A DNA stretch of 64,000 nucleotides, taken from Penicillus capitatus. Its lineage: Eukaryota; Plantae; Chlorophyta. This document shows, in pieces, positions 14,541-25,871 of the stretch; position 1 is the first letter of the stretch; every line of letters starts with the position of its first letter. The stretch is from contig OZ287703.1 in assembly GCA_965649825.1 (NCBI GenBank), positions 186,001 to 250,000 on the forward strand, read 5' to 3'. Below the pieces are notes generated by a model that was not told the DNA's origin, ran no database searches, and was given only the letters and a program-made list of their open reading frames with translations. The position numbers and the translations under genes are program-made.

Positions 14541-15677
14541 ATGTCGGCTTCAAGCGCCAGAGAAGAGATTCCAATCTACGTTTTGGAGAGTGGCCAGCTC
14601 TTTGATCCTAATGCCCTTTCTCTGAAAGAGTTTATCGACCCGGTCCTCTCCGCAGATGGCGACGCTGTACATGAGCTTGTCTTGTCAGACGGGTCCGTCG
14701 CAAAAACGCGCTTGGAGCCACGTCTGCGCCGTTTCCCCTCATCCATCCGTTATGACACGCGCGGCCTGGAGCTCTTCGACGAGCTAACGACGCTTGAAGA
14801 TGAGTATTACCTGACGGCATGCGAGAGATCTCTGCTGAAAACGCACATGGATTCTATTGCGGCGCACATTCCCGACGGCGCCGCCATCGTGGAACTCGGA
14901 TGTGGAAGCATGACAAAAACGGCGTTCATCCTTGACCACCTCCGCCGCGTAGCACTGAAAAAGAATCTGCGATTCTATGGCCTCGATATCGACAGCACAT
15001 ACCTGCTGCAGTCTCTTCAAAACCTGAAAGATCAAGAGGCAGAAAAAAATGTTCCTGCTGAAAACGCTATTGCCTATGCGGGTATCCATGGGACATACGA
15101 AGAGTTGGTATCGTTTTTGCCCAAAATCACGGGACCGAGATTCTTCTTGTGGCTGGGATCATCGGTGGGTAATATGACGAGACAGGAGGCAGCTGACTTG
15201 CTGCGCCTCTATGCGCATGCCATGGGTCCTGAAGACGCCTTCATTCTAGCTTCCGATAGACGCAACGATGCCAAGACGGTCTCTCGAGCTTACAACGATT
15301 CAAAGGGAATCATTTCAACCCTTGGCATGAACACACTCGTTTGCCTCAACCGTCTTCTGGGAAGGCCCGTTTTTGACCTCAATCAATTCGAGCGATGGTC
15401 TGGGTACAATGCCGCCGCTGGACGGAACGAGGCTTACATCAGGTCGTTGGTAGATCAGACAGTGTCCATCCCTGCTCCTCACTCTGGGAAGGAGGAAGAC
15501 GTCGAGGTGCATTTGAAGAGAGATGAGCTCATTCATTACCTGGACTCCTTCAAGTACTCTGTGGAGGATCTGAAATCGCTAACGGCAGCGTCTGGGATGT
15601 CCCTGGCCGATTTCTGGACGGATCCGAAAGAGATGTACTGCGCGTCTCTCCTAAAGAGGACGGATGCGGAGGAGTGA
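14541..15677 (+). CDS. EgtD/Methyltransf_33-family SAM-dependent methyltransferase, copy 1 (intronless)
   Basis: 378 aa ORF with YDTRGLELFDELT..EYYLT, SAM motif IVELGCGS, GLDID, WLGSSVGN, AYNDSKG and SFKY. Confidence 0.9.
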   Translation: MSASSAREEIPIYVLESGQLFDPNALSLKEFIDPVLSADGDAVHELVLSDGSVAKTRLEPRLRRFPSSIRYDTRGLELFDELTTLEDEYYLTACERSLLKTHMDSIAAHIPDGAAIVELGCGSMTKTAFILDHLRRVALKKNLRFYGLDIDSTYLLQSLQNLKDQEAEKNVPAENAIAYAGIHGTYEELVSFLPKITGPRFFLWLGSSVGNMTRQEAADLLRLYAHAMGPEDAFILASDRRNDAKTVSRAYNDSKGIISTLGMNTLVCLNRLLGRPVFDLNQFERWSGYNAAAGRNEAYIRSLVDQTVSIPAPHSGKEEDVEVHLKRDELIHYLDSFKYSVEDLKSLTAASGMSLADFWTDPKEMYCASLLKRTDAEE

Positions 15678-15909
15678 AATTCTATCTGCAATTCTTTGAG
15701 GAGTGGCATCCCCGCGGAAACGTGGGTGGACTTAAGTTTAATTTTGAAACATCGAGTGCATTCCATCTCCAACTGCCATGCTGACGGCGACGTGCACGTC
15801 TCTACGTCGCCATCATCGCTTCGATGAGGCTGTCAGCCTCTTTCGTCCACTCGTGCGATAGAAACAGCAGTGCGTAAGTGTCACCTTAGAGGCGTTGGTT
15901 TGGAGAACG

Positions 15910-17523
15910 ATGTTGGTCTACGGTCTGCTGCTTGCGCTGCTGACGTGGGCGGCGGCGCGTGTCCTCTGGCGACGTCTGCGATATGACCTCCATAAGATAC
16001 CCACGCCACGCGGACTTCCTCTTTTGGGTCAGACGCTGGAAATGATTAACATGATCCGACGCAACGAAGAAGAATGTTTTATGCGTGCACGTTGGATGCG
16101 CCAACTCAGATTTTCCAAAATCTTTAGGGTGAGTGGATCCGCTCCTGGAGATGGTTGATGGTTGAGGCAATGTATGGTAGGTGACAATCTTCGGCTCGTC
16201 GATGTTGACGATAACCGACCAACACTGCGCGAAATCTGTCGTGCTATCCCGGTCTGCGGCGTTCCATCGCTCCACATTCGGCGAAAGAGAAATGAGAATC
16301 GTAAGAGATCGTTGTTTGCGTACGACGTCGGCAAGAATGTTCGGCAGCTCGTAGGCCTAAGTTCTAAATCACCAAATCTGCTGACGGCGTCCGCCGTGTC
16401 ACCTTATGTCAAGGCCATACGCAAAGAGTATGCTTCCAGCATGCAAACCAGCAATCTCAAGAAGGCGTTGCCATCGTTATCGAAACTCCTAAACCAATTG
16501 GTCATCACAATCGAAGCACGCAGGACCGAAGGAGCCATTGATTTTCAGCACCTCCTTGTTCGGTTCGCTCTGGACGTCATTGGAGCTGTTGCGTTTGACA
16601 CGACGCTGGGAGGAATGGATGGTAGTGGCAACATCCCAGAGCTTATGATCGAGGTCGGGCACATCTTCAAAGAACGATTATTTGATCCCATCACAACAAC
16701 GTGCTACAAACTCTTCCCTCGCTTGGAAGGCGCACGGAAGAGGCAGAGAGCAATCGATCGTCTGACGCAGGAATACGACAAGATCACTAAAGAGATTCTA
16801 CAGAGAGAAGCGCCGTCAGACGGTTCTCGTCCACTCTGGTTCGGACTACGAAGCTGTTACCATTCAGAGACAGACGTGCCGATGTCATATGATAGCCTCA
16901 GAGCCGAGGTTGCGCTTGTCATTCTTGGAGGAACAGGCACCTCGGCGCACCAGCTCGCGTGGCTCTTCTCTGTTCTAGCCGAGCATCCCCGTGTCGTCGA
17001 CAAGATCTTGGAGGAGCTGAGAGAACGAGGACTCTACGGAGACGGCGCAAGGGAGGTCGTCTTCGAAGATCTGGGAGAACTGCCCTACCTGACAGCCGTC
17101 ATTAAGGAAGGCATGCGGATTGCTTACATCGTCGCATCTACAAGACCTTCGGTGGTTCCGCATGACACAACGCTGATGGGGTATCGAGTCCCGAGGGGCA
17201 CTCTTGTGGTCATTCCGGGTACTCGTTGGATCGGAACGGAGAAGGAATGGGGTGATCCCGACGTCTTTCGACCGGAGCGCTGGTTGACAGATGAAGACAT
17301 GTCCCATGTGCATTACCTTGGATTCTCTTACGGTCCGAGGGACTGCGCCGGACAGAGACTGGCCATGATGGAGATGCGCCTGGTTCTCATCAAGCTGCTC
17401 ACTCAGTTCCGTTTCGAAACTGTCATACCATTCGATGAACTGATGCTCAATGGGAAGAACGGTGTCGTCATCGAATCGGCGAAAGGGATTCCGCTTAACG
17501 TCGTTCTGAGAACGGTGAGTTAA
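15910..17523 (+). CDS. Cytochrome P450, 3 exons (15910-16128, 16181-16300, 16348-17523), about 504 aa
   Basis: TM anchor MLVYGLLLALLTWAAA plus proline hinge IPTPRGLPLLG; ExxR (KEGMR), PERW and heme motif FSYGPRDCAG. Two GT-AG introns (16129-16180, 16301-16347) give one open frame. Confidence 0.92.
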
Positions 17524-17535
17524 AACGTATGTGCT

Positions 17536-19700
17536 TCATAACTCTTTGGCATTAACTAACGCATCCATGTCTTTTTCTTTCCACATTTGCTGTTGGTAAA
17601 CATTATGTGTGGGTTTTTTCGCTTTATCACGAACATTGCCCGAACGCAGTTCCTGTGTGAAGTTTTTTAATCCATCGTAGAAATACAATGTGTCGCTGTC
17701 GGGGATCACAGGAATCGTTAGCGAACTGGCCAATCGATCATGTTGGAAGGCTGCCCATCGAAACTCGGCAGGCGACAAGCCAGAATATTGAAACTTGGGT
17801 ATTCATCTATGTTCTGGCCGTTGAGTGTTGGAGATTGATGGCCTTAGCAGCAGCCGTTCGCGCAGATGATACAAACGACGACGTGATATGGTCGATGAAG
17901 TGGCCGAGCTGCGACCCGATGATGACTCTTCGATCCGTATCGATGCGTCAACGAAGATCGTCGGTGGTCATCTCGCCCTGCTCACAGTTTAAAGACTAAA
18001 AAGGGCAGGTAGTGTCATGGAACCATGTTGGTCGTAGAGTTGCCAGAAATAGCTGTGCTACCAGGTCGTTGCTCGGTAGCTAGAGCGTGTGCTGATCATT
18101 GATTTTGCCGTTGCTCTTTTCCGTCTACGCATACACTTCATCATTTTTTGCCCGAGATAGCATTGCTTGCTGTTCGTTGAAACCCTTCTATCAATGTTTC
18201 TCCCAGAACATTACCCCTCCTCTTTTTGATGTTTTGCAATCAAAATCGTGAGTATCTTCACCGACGTTGACGGCATTCTCTCTTCATTGTGGCCAAGGTT
18301 CCGATTAGATATCAGCGGATTAGAAACACCTTGAATTCTCTACATCGGTTTGTTCTTTGCAGCAAACGTGGTGTCGGGAATCGTGCAAACAACGTCTAAA
18401 AACTCGGGTCGAACTCTTCGTGGTCGATGACGATAGCACACGCTCAGAATTCATACACAAGAACTCGAGATATTTTACGAAGGAAATGAAGCGTTTAAAT
18501 ACCAAGGTGGTTAAGGATTCATAACCTTAGACTCCAACAGCTACGAACTTGTCTATGCACTTGACATCAATATCCCTATTGTTACGTGAAAGATTGAAAC
18601 GAGGTTATCCATTCGTCGCTCTCTATGGCTCTGAGGCGCTTGGATGGTTATTCGGGCGCGCAACAATCGCACTGGTTGTCAAGAGTGATTCGCACGTCTA
18701 ATGTCCATCACGTGGTCACTCGTTTTTGCTCCGATTTGAAACAGCTGATCGGCATGGGAGAGAATGAGCAAGACCTTGACCGAGAGAACGTTCATGCGGC
18801 TCTCGTGGACACAGGCATTGAACCATGACGTCAATTTACGTCAGAAAGACAACGTAAACGGTCGGATAACACCCAGTCCGTCGCGTTTTACTGAACTTAG
18901 CCGCCGATTTTCGTCGTTGAACACGCCTCTCGGCGACCTGCTCTTGTAGCGGTTTGCACCAAGTTTTGAATCAGGATATTCTATAATGATGACAGGACAC
19001 ATGACAGCTTCCACTGTCACATCAAGATTTAAGTCTAATGCGCGCTTGTTGTATTCACTCCTTGCTTCCTTTCCCCTGTAACCCTTTTAGCGTTCATTAC
19101 CTGGATGATATGGTTTCAAATCGAAGGAGCTTCTAGAATCGTAAAATCCGACCGATTGATGTCGCGCAAAAGATCTTGTGTTGCACCTCCGTTTTAACCA
19201 ATTTCGTCCAATCGTCGAGGAATTCGAGATCTTGGATCATCGTTGCAATGTCGACGTTTTCTTGCACATCCGTTCCTTATCGGTCTACCTACGATCAGCT
19301 TCGCATAGTCCTTTTGACTAAAGCCTTCTTCTGTAAACAACTCTACCCACCGATTTAAAGCCGGGATTTTCTTCAGTGGGGAAGGCTCGCAACACGGAGT
19401 ACCGGTAACAATCATCAAGGCCCGCTCAAAATGCCGACCATATCTCGACTCTCTTCAATTGCAGTCTATTTCTTGCAACTCTTTTTAGCGCACAATTTGA
19501 TTGACCATCTTTTGTACAAGAGAACATCACCGTTGATTGACTTGACGTTAACTTCTATACCGACGCCCCGATGCCTATGCAACAATATCCATACGGTTCT
19601 TCCCTTCTTACGGCTTCGACGTGTTCAAGCAATTCGGCGACACCCTTGGTCCTAGAACATCTTTACACAACAGCGTGTGAGTACAAATAGACTGTGATGA
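17536..19700 (-). pseudogene. Decayed coding-like remnant of unknown family (part is duplicated at ~30912-31850; an inverted diverged homolog lies at ~34540-34800)
   Basis: Chain of short minus-strand frames broken by stops. Homology is visible by eye between 18490-18665 and the reverse complement of 34620-34800 (ttaaatacc..ggtggtt, tccaacag, ccctattgtta, gcgcaac). Confidence 0.35.
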
Positions 19701-20229
19701 ACCAATCAATTACTTAGACCTGTCGATCGTTTCGCTCGCACAGTCAATTTTTCTCACGCGAGTCTCGCGTTCGTTCGGCTGATGATTACTGCCATGTGCT
19801 GTTCAGCAAGCTTTAAAGGTGCACTTATCAGTTTTAAGTGAAAATCCGTCCCTGCCTTCTGATCGGGTTGGGCTACAAATAAGGAGAACGCGGTAAATGT
19901 CAAATGTGTCACTTCTCCGTTGTCGCCTCTGGGAACATAGCATTCATTGTCAGTTCCACAAACACCGGACTTGCGTCAACATCGAATCTTGCAACCTGGG
20001 AACACGAGAGAATGGCCCGAGTTAACGAAAAATGTAGCAGTGGAAACTGGCTGTCTCCCCTGTTGGGCAGGTGTCGCTTCGCGAAAGCCCGAAACGTCAA
20101 CAGATTGTTTTCTTTGTTTGACGATGCCGTCTGGACTAAGAAAAGCTGAAGCGCGGTCACGCTCAAGCGCGTGTAGAACAAGCGTATAGATGTTTAGGTT
20201 CTTTGACGTTTAACAGATTGCAAGTGTTA

Positions 20230-21369
20230 TCAACTCAACTTAACTGCGACCACGTTCTTGAGAAGGCCGAAGCAAAACATTCCCTTCGGATCTGTCCAAA
20301 CTTGTTTGATCGTCATTCCAGCGGTCGCCGACAGATCTTGAAGATCGCCTGCCGAGTACTTGACGGAGAAGTGATAGAGTATCAGTTCGTCTGTCTTCAA
20401 CTTCACGTCGACGCTCTTTTTGCTATCTCCGGAGAATGGCGGGGGGATTGTTATCGTCTGGTCGGAGAGAGACTTTATGTAGGACTCGTACTGGCCGTCC
20501 TTGACGTTGTATCCAGACCATCTCTCGAACTTGGTGACATCGAAGACGTTCTTTCCGAGCAGACGATTGAGACAAACGAGGGTGTTCACGCCGAGGGCGG
20601 CGATAATACCCTTAGAGTCGTTGTAGGCACGAAGGATCGTTTTCGGATCATTTCGCCTGTCAGCCGCCAGAAAGAAACCGTCTTCCGGCTCCATCGCGCC
20701 GCCATAGAGTCGCATCAAATCAGCCGCCTCCTGCCTCGTCATGTCGCCCACAGATGATCCCAGCCACAGGAAGAACCTTGGCCCGGGAATGTTCGGCAGA
20801 AAGGAGACCAGATCCTCGTAGGTTCCGTGGATGCCGGCGTAGGAAAAGTTCCACTCTCCAGACGCGTCGTCTGCCTCCACCTTCGCTCTCAGATTCTCCA
20901 GAGACTGGCGGAGGTAGGTGTCGTCGATGTCGAGACCGTAGAACCTGAGACTCTTCTTCTTGGCGACGTTGCGGAGGTAGTCAAGGATGATGGCTGTCTT
21001 CGTCATGCTGCCGCATCCGAGCTCCACGATTGCGGCGCCGTCGGGGATGTGTACTGCGATCTCATCCATGTGTGTTCCGAGAAGGGATCTCTCGCAGGCT
21101 GTCAGATAGTACTCGTCTTCGAGCTTCGTCAGCTCCTCGAACAGCTCCAGGCCTCGCGTGTCGTAGCGCAGAGGCGTGGTAAAGCGCCTTCGGCTTCGAT
21201 CGGTCGAAACGCCGACGACAGTGCCGTCGGCGAGCGTCAGCTCACGAGCGTCTTCCGCGATCGCCCCGGGGTTGATGAAGTCCTTCAGCGGGAGCTCGTC
21301 GGAGGCGAACAGCTGCCCGTCCGTCAGAACGTGGACGGGGACGTCCTCCGCCAAGCCTTCTGTCGTCAT
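20230..21369 (-). CDS. EgtD-family methyltransferase, copy 2 (intronless)
   Basis: 379 aa ORF with the same family motifs; has GSSVGD where the other types have GS(S/T)(V/I)GN. Confidence 0.9.
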   Translation of the reverse strand: MTTEGLAEDVPVHVLTDGQLFASDELPLKDFINPGAIAEDARELTLADGTVVGVSTDRSRRRFTTPLRYDTRGLELFEELTKLEDEYYLTACERSLLGTHMDEIAVHIPDGAAIVELGCGSMTKTAIILDYLRNVAKKKSLRFYGLDIDDTYLRQSLENLRAKVEADDASGEWNFSYAGIHGTYEDLVSFLPNIPGPRFFLWLGSSVGDMTRQEAADLMRLYGGAMEPEDGFFLAADRRNDPKTILRAYNDSKGIIAALGVNTLVCLNRLLGKNVFDVTKFERWSGYNVKDGQYESYIKSLSDQTITIPPPFSGDSKKSVDVKLKTDELILYHFSVKYSAGDLQDLSATAGMTIKQVWTDPKGMFCFGLLKNVVAVKLS

Positions 21370-22463
21370 CTCTCCTTCTGCTGCCTCTAAGCACGACGCC
21401 GAGAAGAACCGTCAAGAATACAGCGAACGTCGGATAAACGAGGCTGGAGGACGGCGAACGAATGCTCGCCGAAGAAGATTCGCTTCGTACGCGAGCGCCT
21501 GTAGTACAATCTTGGATACGTGGATGGCTCTAACGAGGCCATCTGGAGCGTCCCTGTCTCCTCACAACACGGATGCAAGCAGTGGAGGCCTGTGGTGAGG
21601 CGTCTCTTTTCCGACTCCCTCATCGTGACTGTCTGCGCTTGTCATTCTGTCTGGCTTCCTTTCCTAACGCACTACACAGCACCAGCGAACATACAATGGG
21701 GGGTATTGCGTTCTGGGTCTGCAGTGGTCGTCCCTTCGTCACAGTGAACCAGGAATCCAGCACCTGTCACTTCGAGAAGCCATTCTGCCTGTTCTGAAAG
21801 TCTTCTTGAGAACAGCTTCTCGCTCTTCGTCGGGGTGAATATCATTGGCTGCCTTCATTCTAATCACAGAGGAAGCAACGAATGGCTTCTGGGATCTCTG
21901 TGTTCCTGCAGGTCGGACATGTCTCTCCGTGTTGATGTGCTGTCTCGGCGTGATGTAACCTGTCGGGAGGCATTTGATGCCCTGCGTTAGGGATTCCAGC
22001 TTTTGCTCTGATTTCTACTGCAGTGGTACGGGCCTTAAAGATAAAGGCGATAGAGGCGACCGATGTGATTTAGTAACGCCGACCTTATCGCAATGACGTC
22101 AAAACGTGTTTGCGAGAAAAATGGACTAAAACCGAATAGAACATTTCCGAACTGTATTTGGGCGTTCCTTTAAGTGTCAAGTCAAGATGGCTGTTACGGC
22201 AGCCTTCAACGGCGGAATAGCGTATGGTTTTTCATTTTTAGCATGCATGTTCGTTAGTACGCGTTCCATAACGCTTCGGTAGTATTCGCTGACCTTTTAC
22301 CTCCAGGCGTTTCTAATTGCTATCGTTTGTTGAACACCTCGTCTGTGCAAAAACGTCTCGCTGGTCGTGTTGTCGGACCGAAGAGTATCTTTCTCAGTTT
22401 TCGACCGGCAAGCATAAGACGAAGGCATTAAGCGTAGCAACAACACAGTGTTTATTCGTGGAG

Positions 22464-23600
22464 ATGGTATTAAATGTTCAAACTCAAGAAATCCCTGTCT
22501 ACGTGTTGCCAGGAAGTCGACATTCTAACTATGATGTGTTAGTGCTCCTCGACGGATTCATAAATCCGCTCCCTTGCTCAGGGGATAGCGTGCGTGAGAT
22601 GACTTTGCCTGGCGACAGAGTGGAAAAGATTCATCCGGAACTGCGCCGCCGTAGCTTTCCATCGTCACTTGTTTACGACACGCGAGGCCTGGAACTGTTC
22701 GAGGAGTTGACGAAGCTTGAAGACGAGTACTACCTCACCGCCTGCGAGAGATCCCTCCTCAGAACACACATGGATGAGATCGCAGTACACATTCCTGACG
22801 GCGCCGCCATCGTGGAGCTCGGCTGTGGCAGTATGACGAAGACAGCCATCATCTTGGACTACCTCCACAACGTCGCCAAGAAGAAGAATCTCAGGTTCTA
22901 TGGTCTCGACATCGACGACACGTACCTCCGCCAGTCTCTGGAGAATCTGAGATCTGTCGTTGAGAAAGAAGACAGGGACGCCGAATACACGATCTCTTAT
23001 GCTGGCATCCATGGGACCTTTGAGGAGCTGGTCTCCTTCCTTCCTAACATCCCTGGTCCGAGGTACTTCCTCTGGCTGGGGTCCACCATTGGTAATATGA
23101 CGAGGCATGAGGCAGCGGATTTGCTGCGCCTTTATGGCAATGCGATGGAGCCGGCAGATGGTTTCTTTCTTGCAGCGGACAAGCGCAACGATTCGAAGGT
23201 TATCGTGGCTGCATACAATGATTCTCAAGGCAGAGTCGCCGCTTTCACCATGAACATTCTTGTCTGTTTGAATCGTTTGCTGGAGCAGAATGTTTTTGAT
23301 GTGACGAAATTCGAAACTTGGTCTGGATATGATATCGCAGCTGGGCAGAATGAAGTGCATATCAAGTCGCTGGTCGACCAGACCGTTGTGATCCCTGCGC
23401 CCTACTCAGGAGGCGTGGAAAAGAATGCGGAAGTGCACCTGAAAAAGGATGAGCTCATACTGTTTTTCGTCTCCGTGAAGTACTCTAGAGAAGACCTCAA
23501 AACCTTGACTGCCGCTGCTGGACTGACGGTCGAACAGAACTGGACAGATCCAAAAGAGATGTTTTACTTTACTCTTCTTAAGAAGAGCGTTAGATATTAG
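22464..23600 (+). CDS. EgtD-family methyltransferase, copy 3 (intronless)
   Basis: ATG at 22464 (MVLNVQTQEIPVYVL) aligns with the N-termini of the paralogs; VELGCGS, WLGSTIGN, AYNDSQGRVAAFT and SVKY. Confidence 0.9.
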   Translation: MVLNVQTQEIPVYVLPGSRHSNYDVLVLLDGFINPLPCSGDSVREMTLPGDRVEKIHPELRRRSFPSSLVYDTRGLELFEELTKLEDEYYLTACERSLLRTHMDEIAVHIPDGAAIVELGCGSMTKTAIILDYLHNVAKKKNLRFYGLDIDDTYLRQSLENLRSVVEKEDRDAEYTISYAGIHGTFEELVSFLPNIPGPRYFLWLGSTIGNMTRHEAADLLRLYGNAMEPADGFFLAADKRNDSKVIVAAYNDSQGRVAAFTMNILVCLNRLLEQNVFDVTKFETWSGYDIAAGQNEVHIKSLVDQTVVIPAPYSGGVEKNAEVHLKKDELILFFVSVKYSREDLKTLTAAAGLTVEQNWTDPKEMFYFTLLKKSVRY

Positions 23601-23989
23601 TAAATAAATATAACCTTTTTCTGCGCTTGTATTATGTTTGTGCGTGATTTCTTGGACAATGAGGTTCTGTACAATTCTTATCGTCGTGACCTTATTGTTA
23701 TCTACTGGAGCACATCCTGTGGAGTGTGTTGTGAGTTTCGTTGATTATCCGACTCTTGCATATACATAATTCCGTATTTACATGGCGTACTGTTAGGACC
23801 GAGGGCGTCGACGATTAGTCTGAGCACTTCGAGGTCGCATTGCGAAACGAGCCAGACGGGTATTCTTCCAGGTGAGTATGTACTCTTATATAGGTAAACG
23901 TCCTGTCATTCGACAGTGACGTTTACCGATCTAACAGTGCGAGTTAACATGTGCCATGAATGATCGACATAAAAAATCTAAAATCGTGA

Positions 23990-25721
23990 TGCGAAAAAAC
24001 AAGGGAAATCAAGACACATTTGCGAGATCAGAGTTTGTAACGAAACGGCCACATTTGCTAATTGAGTTCGTAGTTTCTTGGAAGACCATACGGATGACCA
24101 GGCCGGCAGTGAGTTGCCACTCTGTACGAAAAGTGTATAGGCAGTTAGAGCATTCAAGCAGGTGGTCTCTGGACTCTGGAACTTGATTGCAAAAGCGGCA
24201 GAGAGTTGAGTTGGTAGCTTCGTCCAAAAGCTTGAATCTTTGCAGATACACTCGATTCGCCATGTGGCCGGATAGAAGTCTGCAGAGAGCTGAGAACTGA
24301 TTTCTACCGAAAGATTTTTACCATTTTGACCGTGTCATCTTAAATTGATCGAAGTCGGTAGCTTTGAGCAAACCGGCTGTATCTGACGAGTCCCAGTAAG
24401 TTTTGCCAATGGTATTGGAGAAGAGGGGCCTCTGAGCGTAGCATCTTCAGGCTCGATTCGTTGCCACGGTGCGATAAACTAATAATGATCTTCTGCCGTG
24501 TTTCCCATTTTTCTTGTGACATCAAATCGTCATACTGACTCTCTTTGAGGATCAGCGGTGACAGATAGGTTCCAGCAGTCGAGGAAGCGTTGAGTGAATG
24601 GGGACAGCGGCAAGATTGGTTTTCTCGAGCAATCTGCGACGAGTGATTTCTGCATTCGGTGACCTTATGCCCGCTAATGCGAGGGCCGCAGTTGTAGACG
24701 TTGTGCGAAAGGATCCTGTAATGAGTAGTGCCCTAGATCGGATAACCGAGGTGAAAGATTTCTTGTTCCGGGCAAAGGCCATTCCTCTAGCTGACCAAAT
24801 ATGTACACCATAGTAAAGCACAGGGGCAATGTGAGGCTTGAAAGAGAGGTCCCGTAACACCAGGATTTGCACCCAAAAGACTGTTACTGATACGTTTAAT
24901 AGACTCCATTCAGTGTAGAGCTTTCGTGCAGGCTCCCAGGACATGAGCACAGAAACGCAACTTGCTGTCCATGTTTAGGCCTAGGTAAGTGAATTCAGCT
25001 TTTTCGTGGAATATAGAATAGGTAAGTGAATTCAGCTTCTTCGTGGAATATAGAATAGCTTAGTGTTGCCTGAATCGGTACTGCTTTACGAAGTCTTGAA
25101 AACCGCACCAGATGGCTCTTTTCGGCGATTAACTGCATCCCGTTAACGACTGCCCATTCGGAAGCTTTATCGAAGGCAGATTGGAGATGTGCTTAACCTT
25201 CGGCTCGGGGACCAATGTTGCAATACAGTAAACTGTCATCGGCAAGTAAGCAGCACTTCATCTCGGGAGGGGTCGCGACAGCGAGGCTGTTGATGAAGCA
25301 CAGAAAGAGTGTGGGTGACAGAGATGATCCTTGCGGCACGCCAGCCGATGGATGACAAGAGACAGAGGATGATGGAAGAGAGATCGTAGCCTTCCTACCC
25401 TCCAAGAAACTGTCTATTTGCCATAGATAAGGCAGAATCTCAAGCTGCCATAGTCTGTACATGAGAATCGGGTGGGGGACTGTGTCGAAGGCGGCCGATA
25501 GATCTGAGCTAACAGCACCGATCTGACTGCGGGAGTTGAACGCCCGGATTATGTTCTCTGCGAACAGGGTTAGTGCTGATAGAGTGCCACGCGACTTTTT
25601 AAATCCAAACTGTCTTTCGACCAAATAGCCGTGGTCTTTAAGGAAGCAGTAGAGGCGGCGCTGTAGGATTCTCTCGACCTTCCCCGGCGTATTCAGTAGA
25701 CTAATTGGTCTCCAGCTTGAC
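23990..25721 (-). mobile_element. Non-LTR retrotransposon (LINE) ORF2 remnant: RT domain plus C-terminal CCHC finger, 5' part missing
   Basis: WRPISLL, QFGF, DLSAAFDTV, GVPQGSSLSP and LADD (degenerate YADD); later P.LYYG..IW and CRFC..ESRDHLLEC. Stops and frameshifts are present, and the sequence ends exactly at the gypsy LTR. Confidence 0.9.
24984..25057. repeat. 37-bp tandem duplication inside the LINE remnant
   Basis: ggtaagtgaattcagct(t/tc)ttcgtggaatatagaata occurs twice head-to-tail (24984-25020, 25021-25057) with one mismatch. Confidence 0.9.
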
Positions 25722-25871
25722 TGTCATTGCGCAGTCGTTTTATTACAAAGAGAGTCCTTTCTTATCCACGCCCCTCCTTAAGTACCTCCCGATCAGGAGG
25801 GGCGACTAATGTCTCATTGATCCGATGACCGCAATTAGTCATCGCTTTTACTATTTGTCTGCAGGAACCCA
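25722..25871 (-). repeat. 3' LTR (~150 bp, TG...CA)
   Basis: Direct repeat of 30763-30911, roughly 75-80% identical by manual alignment. Confidence 0.85.

Larger units (their letters stand above)
18753..23780. repeat. Segmental duplication, copy A (~5 kb, contains methyltransferase copies 2 and 3)
   Basis: Colinear with 30910-36340 at an offset of ~12.15 kb; starts at catgggagagaatgagc. Nearly identical over ~19200-20870 and more diverged toward the right end. Confidence 0.93.

Noticed and set aside
16129-16347. P450 frameshift or pseudogene (the ORF track starts mid-protein)
   Set aside because: Two short GT-AG introns restore a full ~504 aa frame.
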